Shown: positions 12,347-26,142, numbered from the stretch's first letter. The stretch: DNA of 64,000 nt from Betaproteobacteria bacterium (GCA_009927815.1 RFMI01000093.1:678-64677); one strand, 5' to 3'. Made by a program: numbers and translations. The notes: generated by a model not told the origin, from the sequence alone.

Positions 12347-12422
12347 GGGTGCTTAGCTCAGCTGGTAGAGCGTCGCCCTTACAAGGCGAATGTCAGCGGT
12401 TCGATCCCGTTAGCACCCACCA
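12347..12422 (+). tRNA. tRNA-Val (anticodon UAC)
   Basis: The acceptor stem pairs GGGTGCT with AGCACCC. The anticodon loop is CTTACAA and the T-loop is GGTTCGATCC. CCA is encoded. 76 nt. Confidence 0.9.
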
Positions 12423-12484
12423 GCACGCAGCGCAGTGAGTCTCGCGCTGCAGTGCAGCCCTGCTGTAAGGCAGTTCCGGTTATT

Positions 12485-12561
12485 GGAGTGGTAGTTCAGT
12501 TGGTTAGAATACCGGCCTGTCACGCCGGGGGTCGCGGGTTCGAGTCCCGTCCACTCCGCCA
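12485..12561 (+). tRNA. tRNA-Asp (anticodon GUC)
   Basis: The acceptor stem pairs GGAGTGG with CCACTCC. The anticodon loop is CTGTCAC and the T-loop is GGTTCGAGTCC. CCA is encoded. 77 nt. Confidence 0.9.
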
Positions 12562-12572
12562 AAATTGAAGAC

Positions 12573-12598
12573 AGGGGCGATCGAGTCGCCCCTTTTTC
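12573..12598 (+). terminator. intrinsic terminator after the tRNA pair
   Basis: Hairpin AGGGGCGA-tcgag-TCGCCCCT followed by TTTTC. Confidence 0.5.
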
Positions 12599-12623
12599 AT
12601 GTCCGTTGCCCCGAGCTCTCGCT

Positions 12624-14516
12624 ATGTTCGATTTAATCCGAAACAACCCTCGCATCGCCCAGGCGATTCTTGCCCTGTTGATTCTGCCCTTTGCCGTCTG
12701 GGGCTTGGAGTCTTACTTCACCAGCAGCGGCGGTGACGGGGTCGCCACGGTGGCCGGTGTTCGTATCGCCGAAAAGGATTACCAGCAGCAATTGGCTGAC
12801 CAGCGTGACGCGCTGCGCGAGCAGATGGGCGAGCGCTTCGATCCGACGGTGGCTGAATCCAGCAAGTTCAAGCTCGCGGTGCTCGAGGACATGATTAACC
12901 GCCAGCTTTTGATCGGCACGGCGGTCGGCAATGGCATGACCGTGCCAGACGACAAACTCGCGGACATCATCCGCAAGATCCCGGCCTTTCAGAAGGACGG
13001 CAAGTTCGACGTCAAGACCTACGAGACCCTGCTGCGCCAGCAGGGCTACACGCCAGCCAGCTTCCAAGAGCAGATCCGCGCGCAGATTGTTGGCGAGCAG
13101 AGCAATGGCTTCTTCCAGCGCATGCAATGGATGCCGCAGGTGGTGGTGGACCGTGCCGCTGACCTCGGCGAACAAGAGCGCGATGTTCAGCAGGCGCTGA
13201 TCAGCCCGGATCAGTTCCTTGACAAGGTTGCGGTGACTGCCGACGAAGTGCGAGCGTACTTCGACAAGAATCCGAAAGAGTTCGAGGTTCCGGCACGGCT
13301 CAAGATCGAATACGTGATGCTCGACGCCGCCAAAGTGGCCGAAAAGGCTGTGGTGCCCGACGCTGAGATCGAAGCTTTCTTCAAAGCGAACGAAGGCAAG
13401 TTCGCTACCGAAGAGCAGCGTCGTGCGTCTCACATTCTAATTGGCGTTGATAAGGCCGCCGATGCGGCGGCTCGAACGGCAGCCAAGGCAAAAGCGCAGC
13501 GGCTGCTCGGCGAAGTGCGTGCCGGCAAGGACTTTGGTGAGTTGGCCAAGGCCAATTCGACCGATCCTGGCTCGGCGCAACAGAACGGCGACCTCGGCGC
13601 CTTCGGCCGTGGCGCTATGGTCAAGCCGTTCGAAGACGCCGTGTTCGCGCTCAAGGTCGGGCAGGTGTCGGATGTCGTCGAAACCGACTTCGGCTACCAC
13701 ATCATCAAGCTCACCGAGATCAAGGGCGGTGGCAAGGGCGATCTCGCTTCAGCTCGCCCGCAGATCGAGGCAGAACTGAAGAAGCAGCGCTCCGCCAAGC
13801 AGTTTGCCGAACTCGCCGAAACATTTGCCGACGCCGTTTACGAGCAGAGCGACAGCCTGTCCGCGGCCTCGGCCAAGCTGGGAACCAGCATCCAGACTGC
13901 AGACAACGTGACTCGCAAGGGTATCGAGCGCGACCCCTTGCTGGGCAACGCCAAGTTCCTCAAAGCGCTGTTTGAGGACGCCCTCCCCAACAAACGCAAC
14001 ACCGAAGTGGTTGAGCTGTCGCCGACGCAATTGGTGGCGGCTCGGGTGCTGGCCGAGACACCCTCATCGATACTGCCGTTCGCGGTCATCCAGTCGGACC
14101 TGACTGATCGCCTCAAGCGCAAAAAGGCTGCCGAACTTGCGATCGCCGAGGGCAAGCGCATCATGGCCGACCTCTCCGCCGGTAAGGATGCCCCAGTGAA
14201 GTGGGGTGCCAACTTGACTGTCAGCCGCAAAAAGCCGACGGGTCTGCCGCTGCCGGCGATGCAACTGGTGTTCCGCGCCCGGACGGCGCCATTGCCCTCA
14301 TACGCAGCTGTGGAGATCCCCGGTCAGGGCTACGCGATGTTCCGCATCAACCGCGTCGCTCCGCCGACGGTGTCCGATCCGGCTGAGCGCAAGCGGTATT
14401 CCGACGATGCCAACCGGATGATGGCCGAGGAAGAGCAGAAGATTTATTCGGCGGCGCTGCGGGCCTCAGCCAAGGTCGAGGTCAAGACCGCAGCGGTCGA
14501 GAAGACGGCGCCTTAA
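12624..14516 (+). CDS. ppiD: periplasmic chaperone / peptidyl-prolyl isomerase PpiD
   Basis: Has an N-terminal membrane anchor '[16 protein letters not shown]' and a parvulin domain ('SHILI...FGYHIIKL'). It sits in the conserved position after hupB. Confidence 0.85.
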   Translation: MFDLIRNNPRIAQAILALLILPFAVWGLESYFTSSGGDGVATVAGVRIAEKDYQQQLADQRDALREQMGERFDPTVAESSKFKLAVLEDMINRQLLIGTAVGNGMTVPDDKLADIIRKIPAFQKDGKFDVKTYETLLRQQGYTPASFQEQIRAQIVGEQSNGFFQRMQWMPQVVVDRAADLGEQERDVQQALISPDQFLDKVAVTADEVRAYFDKNPKEFEVPARLKIEYVMLDAAKVAEKAVVPDAEIEAFFKANEGKFATEEQRRASHILIGVDKAADAAARTAAKAKAQRLLGEVRAGKDFGELAKANSTDPGSAQQNGDLGAFGRGAMVKPFEDAVFALKVGQVSDVVETDFGYHIIKLTEIKGGGKGDLASARPQIEAELKKQRSAKQFAELAETFADAVYEQSDSLSAASAKLGTSIQTADNVTRKGIERDPLLGNAKFLKALFEDALPNKRNTEVVELSPTQLVAARVLAETPSSILPFAVIQSDLTDRLKRKKAAELAIAEGKRIMADLSAGKDAPVKWGANLTVSRKKPTGLPLPAMQLVFRARTAPLPSYAAVEIPGQGYAMFRINRVAPPTVSDPAERKRYSDDANRMMAEEEQKIYSAALRASAKVEVKTAAVEKTAP

Positions 14517-15298
14517 GTGCCGCTCATGCCGACGATGTTGTAACCGGCGTCGACGTAGGTGACTTCGCCGGTGATGCCACTGGCGAGATCCGACAACATG
14601 AAGGCTGCGGTGTTGCCGACGTCGTCGATGGTGACGTTGCGGCGCAGCGGTGCGGTTTGCTCCACTGCAGCGAGAATCTTGCCGAAGCCGCCGATGCCAG
14701 CGGCTGCCAGCGTCTTAATCGGTCCCGCCGAAATTGCATTGACGCGGATACCGCGCGGCCCGAGGCTCGCCGCCAAATAGCGAACGTTGGCCTCCAGCGC
14801 AGCTTTGGCGACGCCCATCACGTTGTAATTGGGGATGGCGCGCTCGGCGCCCAGATACGACAGCGTCACGATCGATCCGGCGCGGCCCTGCATCAGCGGC
14901 AGCGCGGCCTTTGCCAGCGCGGTCAGGCTGTAGGCGCTGATGTCGTGGCTGATGCGGAAATCTTCCCGCGTCGCGTGATCAAGGTAATCGCCAGCCAGCG
15001 CTTCACGCGGCGCAAACGCGATGGCGTGCACCAGGCCGTCGAGGGAGTCCCAGTGTTGGCGCAAGTCGGCAAACACCGCGTCGATTTGTTCATCAGAGGC
15101 GACATCGCAATCAAACACGCGCGACTCAGCGCCGAACTCGCGGGCCAGATCTACGGTACGCTGCCGGACGCGTTCACCTTGGCACGTGAAGGCCAGTTCG
15201 GCGCCTTCGCGGTGGGCTGCGACAGCGATGCCGTATGCAATCGAACGATTCGATAGCATCCCGGTCACAAGCAAGCGTTTGCCGGCAAGAAATGGCAT
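14513..15298 (-). CDS. fabI: enoyl-[acyl-carrier-protein] reductase (NADH)
   Basis: Starts '[20 protein letters not shown]', contains '[13 protein letters not shown]' (Y-x6-K) and '[11 protein letters not shown]'. 261 aa. Confidence 0.9.
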   Translation of the reverse strand: MPFLAGKRLLVTGMLSNRSIAYGIAVAAHREGAELAFTCQGERVRQRTVDLAREFGAESRVFDCDVASDEQIDAVFADLRQHWDSLDGLVHAIAFAPREALAGDYLDHATREDFRISHDISAYSLTALAKAALPLMQGRAGSIVTLSYLGAERAIPNYNVMGVAKAALEANVRYLAASLGPRGIRVNAISAGPIKTLAAAGIGGFGKILAAVEQTAPLRRNVTIDDVGNTAAFMLSDLASGITGEVTYVDAGYNIVGMSGT

Positions 15299-15313
15299 TT
15301 CAGACTCCGATCA

Positions 15314-17524
15314 ATGACCCAGACAAGAGCCGGCGAGTATAGCCGAGCCCCGCATCCCCCCCGCAGCCTGGTGGCGCGCTTGATGACCGGCGCGCTGCTG
15401 GCGTGCGCCTTGAGCGGGTGCTCGCAGCCCTGGAACAACCCCTATCCGGCGGCCGAAACGGGTCAGGCCATCCTCTATTCGGCGTTCGTCGAGCGGCCCA
15501 AACACCTTGACCCGGCGCAGTCGTACAGCGAGAACGAGGCCACCTTCAACGCGCAGATCTACGAGCCGGTGGTGCAGTACCACTATTTTAAGCGTCCGTA
15601 TCAGTTGATCCCTTTGACCGCCAAAGAGTTGCCGAAGCCGATTTACCTCGACGCCTACGGCGGTCTGCTGCCCGACGATGCGCCCGATCAACTGGTGGCG
15701 CAGAGTGTGTACACCATCCGCATCCGTGACGACCGCGCCTACCAACCGCACCCGGCGCTCGCCCGTGACGGCCAAGGCCAGCTCCTCTACCACCAGATGG
15801 GTGAGCCGCAGCGGGCAGCGGTCACGTCCATCTACGACCTGCCGCAGACCGGCAGCCGGCCTTTGCGTGCCGAGGACTACGTTTACGAGATCAAGCGGCT
15901 GGCGCATCCGCGCCTGCACTCGCCGATCTTCGGGCTGATGGCCGAATACATCGTCGGCATGGACGCCTACGCGAAGCGTTTGCGGGTCGAGGACAAGAAA
16001 ATTGGTGGCCAAGGCTTTCTTGACCTGCGGAAGTTCGACCTCCCGGGCGCCGAGGTGATCGACACCAATACCTATCGCGTGCGCGTCAAAGGCAAGTACC
16101 CGCAGTTCGTTTACTGGCTGGCGATGCCCTTCTTTGCGCCGGTTCCCTGGGAGGCGGATAGCTTTTACAGTCAGCCTGGATTCGCCGAACGCAACGTCAG
16201 CCTCGACTGGTATCCGATTGGCACTGGTCCCTATTACCTGGCCGAGAACAACCCGAACAGCCGCATGGTTCTGCGGCGCAATCCGCATTTTCCCGGTGAA
16301 CGCTACCCGGCTGAGGGCGAATCGGGCGACCGCGACCGCGGACTGCTGAAAGACGCGGGCAAGACCATGCCCTTCATCGACACGGTGGTGTTCAGTCGCG
16401 AGCGCGAGTCGATCCCGTACTGGAACAAGTTTCTGCAGGGCTGGTACGACACCTCCGGCATCAGTTCCGACAACTTCGACCAGGCTGTTCAAAGCGCGTC
16501 CGGTGGTGATTCGGTCATCTCCGAGGACATGGCTAAAAAAGGTATCCGCCTCGAAACGGCGCTGTCGGCATCGATCAACTACGTCGGCTTCAATATGCTC
16601 GACCCGGTCGTTGGCGGCAGCTCCGAGCGTGCGCGCAAGCTCCGGCAGGCGCTGTCGATCGCCATCGATTTCGAGGAGAACATCGCCATCTTCGCCAACG
16701 GGCGGGGTATTCCGGCGATGGGGCCGATCGCGCCCGGCATCTGGGGCTACCGTGATGGCGAGGCAGGCCTGAATCCGCTGGTGTACGACTGGGTCGAGGG
16801 CAAACCGCGGCGCAAGTCGATCGCCGAGGCGCGTCGTCTCTTGGCCGAAGCCGGCTATCCGGATGGACGCGACGCCGCCACGGGCCAGCCGCTGGTGCTC
16901 AACTTTGACGCGACCAGTCGCGGCCCCGACGACAAAGCCGAGCTCGACTGGATGCGTAAGCAGTTCGGCAAGCTCAACATCCAGCTGGTGGTTCGTGGCA
17001 CCGACTACAACCGGTTCCAAGAAAAAGTGCGCAAGGGAACCGCGCAAATCTTCGAGTGGGGCTGGAATGCCGATTACCCTGATCCGGAGAATTTTTTGTT
17101 CTTGCTGTATGGCCCGCAGAGCCGGGTCAAGAGTGGCGGCGAGAATTCCGCCAACTACAGCAATCCGGAGTTCGATCGTCTGTTCGAGCAGATGAAGAAC
17201 ATGCCCAACGGTTCGGCGCGTCAAGCCATCATTGATCGCATGCTCGAGATCGTGCGTCAGGACGCCCCGTGGATCTGGGGTCTGCACCCCAAGCGCTACA
17301 GCCTGGTGCATGGCTGGCTTGGCAATGTGAAGCCCAACCAGATGGCGCGCAACGGGCTCAAGTACCAGCGGCTCGATGTGACCGCGCGTGAAGCCGCCCG
17401 CGCCGAGTGGAATGCTCCGGTGGTGTGGCCGCTACTGGCTGTGGCGTTGTTGTCGCTGATTGTGTTTGCGCCGGCATGGCTGGCATGGCGACGCAAGGAG
17501 ACGGCGAAAGGGGTGGCGGCGTGA
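15314..17524 (+). CDS. ABC transporter substrate-binding protein, family 5 (peptide/opine type, YejA-like), lipoprotein
   Basis: Has a lipobox 'ALSGC', a family-5 SBP body and a hydrophobic C-terminal segment. It is the first gene of a four-gene ABC operon. An alternative GTG start at 15371 is possible. Confidence 0.75.
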   Translation: MTQTRAGEYSRAPHPPRSLVARLMTGALLACALSGCSQPWNNPYPAAETGQAILYSAFVERPKHLDPAQSYSENEATFNAQIYEPVVQYHYFKRPYQLIPLTAKELPKPIYLDAYGGLLPDDAPDQLVAQSVYTIRIRDDRAYQPHPALARDGQGQLLYHQMGEPQRAAVTSIYDLPQTGSRPLRAEDYVYEIKRLAHPRLHSPIFGLMAEYIVGMDAYAKRLRVEDKKIGGQGFLDLRKFDLPGAEVIDTNTYRVRVKGKYPQFVYWLAMPFFAPVPWEADSFYSQPGFAERNVSLDWYPIGTGPYYLAENNPNSRMVLRRNPHFPGERYPAEGESGDRDRGLLKDAGKTMPFIDTVVFSRERESIPYWNKFLQGWYDTSGISSDNFDQAVQSASGGDSVISEDMAKKGIRLETALSASINYVGFNMLDPVVGGSSERARKLRQALSIAIDFEENIAIFANGRGIPAMGPIAPGIWGYRDGEAGLNPLVYDWVEGKPRRKSIAEARRLLAEAGYPDGRDAATGQPLVLNFDATSRGPDDKAELDWMRKQFGKLNIQLVVRGTDYNRFQEKVRKGTAQIFEWGWNADYPDPENFLFLLYGPQSRVKSGGENSANYSNPEFDRLFEQMKNMPNGSARQAIIDRMLEIVRQDAPWIWGLHPKRYSLVHGWLGNVKPNQMARNGLKYQRLDVTAREAARAEWNAPVVWPLLAVALLSLIVFAPAWLAWRRKETAKGVAA

Positions 17525-18498
17525 TCAACTACATTATCCGGCGCGTCCTGTATGCCTTGCCGATCCTGATCGGCGTCAATCTGATCACCTTTGCCTTGTT
17601 CTTTGTGGTGAACACGCCCGAGGACATGGCGCGCATGCAGTTGGGCATGAAGCGAGTCACGCCGGAGGCCATCGAGCGCTGGAAGGCCGAGCGCGGCTAC
17701 GACAAGCCCTTGGTATTCGACGCAAGCAAGCAGGGTGTGCACACAGTCACCGAGACCATCTTCTTTGAGAAGTCCGCGGCCATGTTCGCCCTCGATTTCG
17801 GTCAGGCTGATGACGGTCGTGACATCGCCAGCGAGATCGCCAAGCGCGCGGGCCCCAGCCTCGCCATCGCCTTGCCAGTGTTCGTTGTAGGGCTGATGAC
17901 CATGGTCAGCGTGGCCCTGCTGATGGTGTTTTTCCGGGCTACGTATGTCGACGCCGGTGGCGTGGTGCTGTGCGTCGCATTGATGTCGATCTCGGCCCTG
18001 TTTTACATCATCGCCGGACAGTGGCTGGTGGCCAAGGTCTGGCGGCTGGTGCCGATCTCAGGCTTTGCCGACGGCGGCGATGCGCTGCGCTTTTTGCTGC
18101 TGCCGGTGCTGATCGGCGTGGTCAGCGGCATCGGCTCCGGCGCGCGTTGGTATCGCACCCTGTTTCTCGAGGAAATCAACCGCGAGTATGTGCGGACCGC
18201 GCGCGCCAAGGGCCTGTCCGAATTGCAGGTGTTGTTCCGGCATGTGCTGCGCAACGGTCTCATTCCCATCCTCACGGCTTCGGTTGCAGCCATTCCGCTG
18301 CTGTTCATGGGCAGCCTGCTGACCGAGAGCTTCTTCGGCATCCCCGGTTTGGGCAGCTACACCATCGACGCCATCAACCATCAGGACTTCGCTGTGGTGC
18401 GCTCGATGGTGTTCCTCGGCTCGGCGCTGTACATCGTCGGACTGGTGCTCACCGATATCTCGTACACGTGGGCTGATCCGCGGGTGAGGCTGGAATGA
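17521..18498 (+). CDS. ABC transporter permease (DppB/YejB-like)
   Basis: The GTG start overlaps the upstream stop (GTGA). The N-terminus reads 'INYIIRRVLYALPILIGVNLITF'. The EAA-loop region reads 'EYVRTARAKGLS'. Confidence 0.85.
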   Translation: MINYIIRRVLYALPILIGVNLITFALFFVVNTPEDMARMQLGMKRVTPEAIERWKAERGYDKPLVFDASKQGVHTVTETIFFEKSAAMFALDFGQADDGRDIASEIAKRAGPSLAIALPVFVVGLMTMVSVALLMVFFRATYVDAGGVVLCVALMSISALFYIIAGQWLVAKVWRLVPISGFADGGDALRFLLLPVLIGVVSGIGSGARWYRTLFLEEINREYVRTARAKGLSELQVLFRHVLRNGLIPILTASVAAIPLLFMGSLLTESFFGIPGLGSYTIDAINHQDFAVVRSMVFLGSALYIVGLVLTDISYTWADPRVRLE

Positions 18499-19922
18499 GC
18501 GCATTCCTCGGGTTTAAGCCGGCACTGTTGTGGACCGATGCACTATTGCTGCTGCTGGTAGTCGCGGTCTTGCTGGTGGTGCGTCACATCCGCCGTCACG
18601 AGCACCTGGCGGCACCCTGGCGCAAAGTCGCGCTGTCGCGTGCGGGTATGGTTTCGGCCACCGTGTTGATGGTGTTCGCCACGATTGGTCTGCTCGATTC
18701 GATGCACTATCGACCGGAGTTGCCCCGTGAGCCGGGAGCCCCGGCTGGAGCGGTGCGCTACGCGGTCGAGATGCGCAGCCTCCTGGACCATCTGCTCGAT
18801 CCGCTGCCGGTGCAGGTGGAGACCAGCTATTCGGCGCCGCTGGCGACCCAAGCCTTCAACAAGACTTCGATGGAGAGTGACTCGGGCACCGTGCGGGACT
18901 ATCCACGGCTCAAGTTTGGCGGGGCGCACCTGTCCGATTCCAACACGCAATGGGCCACCGACATCAGCGCCCGTGTACTGCGCGGCACCCTTTGGGGTTT
19001 GGCGACGGGACTGGCCATCCTGCTGTTCGCGGCCTTCGTGCGGGGTCCGGCGCAGGCCCTGTCGCGGTTGTTCCGCTGGCTGGTCGGCAATGGTGACGAC
19101 GCCGTGCACTGCGTCGCTTGGACCGTGTTGGCGCTCTCAGTGCTGGGCGGCGCTGTGGCGACGCTGGCGCAGGGCTATCACGTGTTCGGCACTGACAAGG
19201 TGGGACAGGACGTGCTCTACCAGATTCTCAAGAGCATCCGCACCGCGCTCGTCATCGGCACGCTGACCACGCTGGTGACGCTGCCCATCGGCGTGGTGCT
19301 GGGCATAGCGGCAGGGTACTTCCGCGGCTGGATCGACGATGTTATCCAGTACCTGTACACCACCCTCAACTCGATCCCGGGTGTGCTGCTGATTGCCGCC
19401 GCGGTGCTGATGACGCAGGTGTTCATGGATACGCATCCCGAGGCGTTCGAGACGGTCACCGAGCGTGCCGATTTCCGCTTGTTGTTCCTGTGCCTGATCC
19501 TCGGCATCACCAGCTGGACCGGGCTGGCACGACTGCTGCGCGGCGAGACGCTTAAGCTGCGCGAGCTCGAGTACGTGCAGGCGGCGCAGGCTTTCGGCGT
19601 GTCGAGTGCGGCGATCATCGGGCGGCACATCGTGCCGAATGTCATGCACATCATCCTGATTAGTCTGGTGATGGACTTTTCCGGCCTCGTTTTGGCCGAG
19701 GCGGTCCTCAGCTATGTTGGCGTCGGGGTCGACCCGTCGATGATCAGTTTCGGCACCATGATCAACTCAGCGCGCCTCGAGATGGCCCGCGAACCCATGG
19801 TTTGGTGGGCACTGGCGGCGGCCTTCGTGGTGATGTTCGTGCTGGTGCTGGCGGCCAATCTGTTCGCCGACGCCGTGCGCGACGCACTCGATCCGCGCAC
19901 CCGTGTGCGGGGGGTGGCATGA
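18495..19922 (+). CDS. ABC transporter permease (DppC/YejE-like) with a long N-terminal extension
   Basis: The ATGA start overlaps the upstream stop. The C-terminal half is a BPD-type permease ('EYVQAAQAFGVS'). Confidence 0.85.
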   Translation: MSAFLGFKPALLWTDALLLLLVVAVLLVVRHIRRHEHLAAPWRKVALSRAGMVSATVLMVFATIGLLDSMHYRPELPREPGAPAGAVRYAVEMRSLLDHLLDPLPVQVETSYSAPLATQAFNKTSMESDSGTVRDYPRLKFGGAHLSDSNTQWATDISARVLRGTLWGLATGLAILLFAAFVRGPAQALSRLFRWLVGNGDDAVHCVAWTVLALSVLGGAVATLAQGYHVFGTDKVGQDVLYQILKSIRTALVIGTLTTLVTLPIGVVLGIAAGYFRGWIDDVIQYLYTTLNSIPGVLLIAAAVLMTQVFMDTHPEAFETVTERADFRLLFLCLILGITSWTGLARLLRGETLKLRELEYVQAAQAFGVSSAAIIGRHIVPNVMHIILISLVMDFSGLVLAEAVLSYVGVGVDPSMISFGTMINSARLEMAREPMVWWALAAAFVVMFVLVLAANLFADAVRDALDPRTRVRGVA

Positions 19923-21988
19923 GCGATAGCGTATTGCGCGTCAGCGATCTGGACGTCGACCTGCACCTGGGCGGCAAGCGGGTGCGGGCGGTGGCCGGCG
20001 TCGGTCTGGAGATCCGTCGCGGCGAGACCTTTGCCCTGCTCGGCGAGTCCGGCTGCGGCAAGTCGATGACGGCGCTGGCGCTGATGCGCTTGTTGCCCGA
20101 CGTCGCCGGCATCGCCGGTGGCCAAGTGCGCCTCGATGACGAGGACATCCTGCAGCGCCCCGAGGCCCTGATGCGCGAGTTGCGCGGTCGCCGCATGGCA
20201 ATGATCTTCCAGGAGCCGATGCTCTCGCTGAATCCGGTGATGACCATCGGCGACCAGATCGGCGAGGTGCTGACCGGTCACTTGGGGCTGTCGGGTGCTG
20301 CGGCGCGGACGCGCACCATCGAGTTGCTGACAGCGGTCGGCATCGCCGACCCGCAACGGCGGATCCGCGAATACCCGTTCCAGTTGTCGGGTGGTATGAA
20401 GCAGCGCGTCATGATCGCCATGGCGCTGGCGGGCGAGCCGGAACTGCTGATCGCTGATGAGCCAACCACTGCGCTTGACGTGACCATCCAGGCGCAGGTG
20501 CTCGACCTGCTGCGCCGCCTGCAGGCCGAGCGCGGCATGTCGCTGCTGCTCATCACCCACGACCTTGGCGTCGTGGCGAACATGGCCCATCAGGTGGCAG
20601 TGATGTACGCCGGCCAGGTGGTCGAGAGCGGGTCCTGCGAGCAAGTCTTGCAGCGTCCCCGCCACCCGTACACGCGCTTGCTGTTGACTGCGCTGCCTGA
20701 GATCACCGGCAGCAACCAGCAGCTGGCGACCATCCCCGGGCAGGTGCCGCCGCTTGATGGCGGCATTGCCGGCTGCCGCTTCGCGCCGCGCTGCGCGTGG
20801 GTGCGCGACGACTGTCGCAGCCGGGCCCCGGTCTGGCAGGGCGAGTTGCGCGACGGTGTGCGTTGCCCGCATGTGGCGGAGCTCGCGCCGCTGCCAGAGC
20901 AACTGCGCGAGCCGATGGCGCGGCCCTTGCACGTCGGCCCCCCTCTGTTGCAGGTGCAGGACGTGCAGGTCCATTTCCCGATTCGCGCCGGCCTGCTGCA
21001 GCGCCAAGTGGGCGCGGTGAAGGCGGTCGACGGCGTGAATCTTGCGATTGCGGCGGGACAGACCTTGGCGTTGGTCGGCGAGTCGGGCTGCGGCAAGACC
21101 ACGGTCGGCAAGGCCATCGTTCGCTTAAATCGACTCACTGCCGGAGACATCCGTTACGCCGGTCAGCCGTGGGCCAGTCTGGACGGCGAGGCGCTGCGGC
21201 GTCAGCGCAGCCAAGTCCAGATCGTGTTCCAGGATCCCTACGCCTCACTCGACCCGCGAATGCGCGTGGCCGACATCCTCATGGAGGGTATGGCCTCGCT
21301 CGGCGTCGGCGGCAGCTCGGCGGAGCGATTGGCGCGAGTCGACCGCTTGCTCGACCAGGTCGGATTGCCCGCGGCAGCGCGCTGGCGATATCCGCATGAG
21401 TTTTCGGGTGGCCAGCGCCAGCGCATCGCCATCGCCCGGGCGCTGGCGGTCGAGCCGAAACTGATCGTCTGCGACGAGCCGACCTCGGCGCTCGACGTCT
21501 CGGTGCAAGCGCAGATCCTCAACCTGCTGCGTGATTTGCAGACCGAGCTGGGCGTCGCGTATTTGCTGATTTCACACAATCTGTCGGTGGTCGAATATTT
21601 GGCGCACGAGGTCGCGGTGATGTACCTCGGCCGCATCGTCGAGCAAGGCGAGGCCAAAGCCGTACTCAAGCGTCCCCAGCATCCGTACACGCAGGCGCTG
21701 CTGTCAGCGATTCCGAGGGTCGACGTGGCGCGTCAGCCGCAGCGCATCCAGCTGAACGGCGAGTTGCCGTCGCCGGCCGATCCACCCACCGGCTGCCACT
21801 TCAACCCGCGCTGCGCGCACGCCGATCGGTTGTGCCGCCAGGAATACCCGCCGGTCACCGTTGCTGATGGACGCGAGGTGCGTTGCCACCACATCGTGCA
21901 GACCGGCGGCGCTTATGTGCCGGCACCGCTTAAGCCGGCGCTCGGGGGCGATGACGCGATCTCGAAGCTTCCGCAGGGCCCGGCCTGA
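19919..21988 (+). CDS. fused double ATP-binding ABC protein (YejF-like)
   Basis: Has two Walker A motifs (both 'GESGCGKS/T'), two signature motifs ('LSGGMKQR', 'FSGGQRQR') and two Cys-rich oligopeptide-type C-terminal motifs. The ATGA start overlaps the upstream stop. Confidence 0.9.
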   Translation: MSDSVLRVSDLDVDLHLGGKRVRAVAGVGLEIRRGETFALLGESGCGKSMTALALMRLLPDVAGIAGGQVRLDDEDILQRPEALMRELRGRRMAMIFQEPMLSLNPVMTIGDQIGEVLTGHLGLSGAAARTRTIELLTAVGIADPQRRIREYPFQLSGGMKQRVMIAMALAGEPELLIADEPTTALDVTIQAQVLDLLRRLQAERGMSLLLITHDLGVVANMAHQVAVMYAGQVVESGSCEQVLQRPRHPYTRLLLTALPEITGSNQQLATIPGQVPPLDGGIAGCRFAPRCAWVRDDCRSRAPVWQGELRDGVRCPHVAELAPLPEQLREPMARPLHVGPPLLQVQDVQVHFPIRAGLLQRQVGAVKAVDGVNLAIAAGQTLALVGESGCGKTTVGKAIVRLNRLTAGDIRYAGQPWASLDGEALRRQRSQVQIVFQDPYASLDPRMRVADILMEGMASLGVGGSSAERLARVDRLLDQVGLPAAARWRYPHEFSGGQRQRIAIARALAVEPKLIVCDEPTSALDVSVQAQILNLLRDLQTELGVAYLLISHNLSVVEYLAHEVAVMYLGRIVEQGEAKAVLKRPQHPYTQALLSAIPRVDVARQPQRIQLNGELPSPADPPTGCHFNPRCAHADRLCRQEYPPVTVADGREVRCHHIVQTGGAYVPAPLKPALGGDDAISKLPQGPA

Positions 21989-22016
21989 GCGTCTGCCGCG
22001 GCTTGATTTGCGGGAG

Positions 22017-24272
<2,256 letters not shown>

Positions 24273-24295
24273 TCGGCTGCCGAGGCGTGGCCGAC

Positions 24296-24568
24296 TTAGG
24301 CCGAAGCCGTGCTCTCCGACACCACGCTGACAGTGCGGCGCTTCTTCTCGCCCTTGACGGTGAAGTCGACGCGTCCCTCGGTCAACGCGAACAGGGTGTG
24401 GTCCTTGCCCATGCCGACGTTATCGCCCGGGTGAAACTCGGTCCCGCGTTGGCGCACGATGATGTTGCCCGGTACCACGGCTTCGCCGCCGTAGACCTTG
24501 ACGCCAAGGCGTTTGCTTTCCGAGTCGCGGCCGTTGCGTGAACTGCCGCCTGCCTTTTTGTGTGCCAT
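24296..24568 (-). CDS. rpmA: 50S ribosomal protein L27
   Basis: Reads '[26 protein letters not shown]'. 90 aa. Confidence 0.95.
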   Translation of the reverse strand: MAHKKAGGSSRNGRDSESKRLGVKVYGGEAVVPGNIIVRQRGTEFHPGDNVGMGKDHTLFALTEGRVDFTVKGEKKRRTVSVVSESTASA

Positions 24569-24580
24569 TGTGCTTTCTCC

Positions 24581-24895
24581 TTACTTGGCCGAGATGCTGT
24601 CGATCAGCAGTTCGGTGAAGTTCTGACGATGTCCCATGCGCTTCTGGTAATGCTTGCGGCGGCGCATCTTGAAGATGCGGATCTTATCGCCACGGCCATG
24701 GGACACCACGGTAGCCTTGACCGAGGCGCCGGCCAGCAGCGGGGTGCCCACCGACACCGACTCGCCGTCACCGATCATCAAAACCTGGTCCAGCGCGATC
24801 TGGCTGCCGGCTTCGGCCACCAGAGTCTCGACGCGCAACTTGGCGCCCGGCTCGACGCGGTACTGCTTGCCACCTGTCTTGATCACTGCGTACAT
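24581..24895 (-). CDS. rplU: 50S ribosomal protein L21
   Basis: Starts '[14 protein letters not shown]'. I used the internal ATG 24895. Confidence 0.95.
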   Translation of the reverse strand: MYAVIKTGGKQYRVEPGAKLRVETLVAEAGSQIALDQVLMIGDGESVSVGTPLLAGASVKATVVSHGRGDKIRIFKMRRRKHYQKRMGHRQNFTELLIDSISAK

Positions 24896-25061
24896 ATCGT
24901 GTCCTGCCATTGCGGGATTAGTAAACCGGTAAGGATATCAAGGCATCTGCCAGTTCGTCAAAGATTTCGGGGGGCGGAGTCGCGTGGGCGGTTGAGGCGT
25001 GGCTGGCCGCTGCGCTAGACTCGCCGCACTTGATCAAGGCCGTCCGGCCACAGGACCCTGC

Positions 25062-26030
25062 GTGGCACTCGCTCTCATCCAGCAGCATCTCGCGGCCGAC
25101 ATGGCCGCTGTCGACCGGGTCATCCGCGAGCGCCTGCATTCCGAGGTGGCGCTGGTCAGCCAAGTCGCGGATTACATCATCTCGGCGGGCGGCAAGCGCC
25201 TGCGTCCGGCGCTGGTGGTGCTGTCGTCGCGGGCGCATGGCATCCAGGATGCCCGCGTCCACGAGTTGGCGGCCATCATCGAGTTCATCCACACCGCGAC
25301 CCTGCTGCACGATGACGTCGTCGACGAGTCGGCGCTGCGCCGCGGACGTGACACCGCCAACGCGGCGTTCGGCAATGCGCCGGCTGTGCTGGTCGGCGAT
25401 TTTCTCTACAGCCGCGCGTTTCAGATGATGGTCGGGATTGGCAGCATGCGAGTGATGGAGGTGCTGGCCGACGCCACCAACATCATTGCCGAGGGTGAGG
25501 TGTTGCAGCTGATGAATTGCAACGACCCGGACATCGACGAGGCCGCTTACCTGCGGGTGATTCGTTACAAGACGGCAAAACTGTTTGAGGCATCGACGCG
25601 ACTGGGCGCCGTGCTGGGTGCGGCCGACGCGCCTCACGAGGCCGCTATGGCCGAGTACGGGATGCGTCTTGGCACGGCCTACCAGCTGGTCGACGACATC
25701 CTCGACTATTCGGGCGACTCGGGCAGTACGGGCAAGAATGTGGGTGACGACCTCGCCGAGGGCAAGCCGACGCTACCGCTGATCCACGTGCTCAAACATG
25801 GTGACGCCGAGGAGCGCGCCCTCGTGCGGCGGGCGATCGAGGATGGCGGCGCCGGCGACATTGACGCGGTGCTCGCAGCGATCCGCCGGACCGGCGCCCT
25901 CGATTACGCGCGGCAGGTCGCAGACGCCGAGTTGGCCGCCGCGCGGGCCGCGTTGGACTCGCTGCAGGCTTCACCCGATCGCGAAGTTCTGCTATCTTTG
26001 ACAGTCTTTGCAGCCGAACGCGACCGTTGA
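25062..26030 (+). CDS. ispB: octaprenyl-diphosphate synthase (trans-polyprenyl diphosphate synthase)
   Basis: Contains the DDxxD motifs 'LLHDDVVDES' and 'DDILDY'. It is divergent from rplU as in many proteobacteria. The start is either GTG 25062 or GTG 24999. Confidence 0.85.
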   Translation: MALALIQQHLAADMAAVDRVIRERLHSEVALVSQVADYIISAGGKRLRPALVVLSSRAHGIQDARVHELAAIIEFIHTATLLHDDVVDESALRRGRDTANAAFGNAPAVLVGDFLYSRAFQMMVGIGSMRVMEVLADATNIIAEGEVLQLMNCNDPDIDEAAYLRVIRYKTAKLFEASTRLGAVLGAADAPHEAAMAEYGMRLGTAYQLVDDILDYSGDSGSTGKNVGDDLAEGKPTLPLIHVLKHGDAEERALVRRAIEDGGAGDIDAVLAAIRRTGALDYARQVADAELAAARAALDSLQASPDREVLLSLTVFAAERDR

Positions 26031-26058
26031 GTCACGTTGGGCCGTGCGAAGCGGGAAT

Positions 26059-26142
<84 letters not shown>

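Noticed and set aside
12347-12561. The tRNA-Val/tRNA-Asp pair, and tRNA-Pro at 26059, as genomic-island integration sites
   Set aside because: There is no integrase, no direct repeat of a tRNA 3' end and no compositional break nearby. The flanks are conserved core synteny (lon-hupB-tRNA-ppiD and ispB-tRNA-ampD).
15311-17311. A 666-aa ORF antisense to the ABC substrate-binding gene
   Set aside because: It is a high-GC antisense shadow frame with no motifs. The sense-strand gene has a lipobox and a clear operon context.
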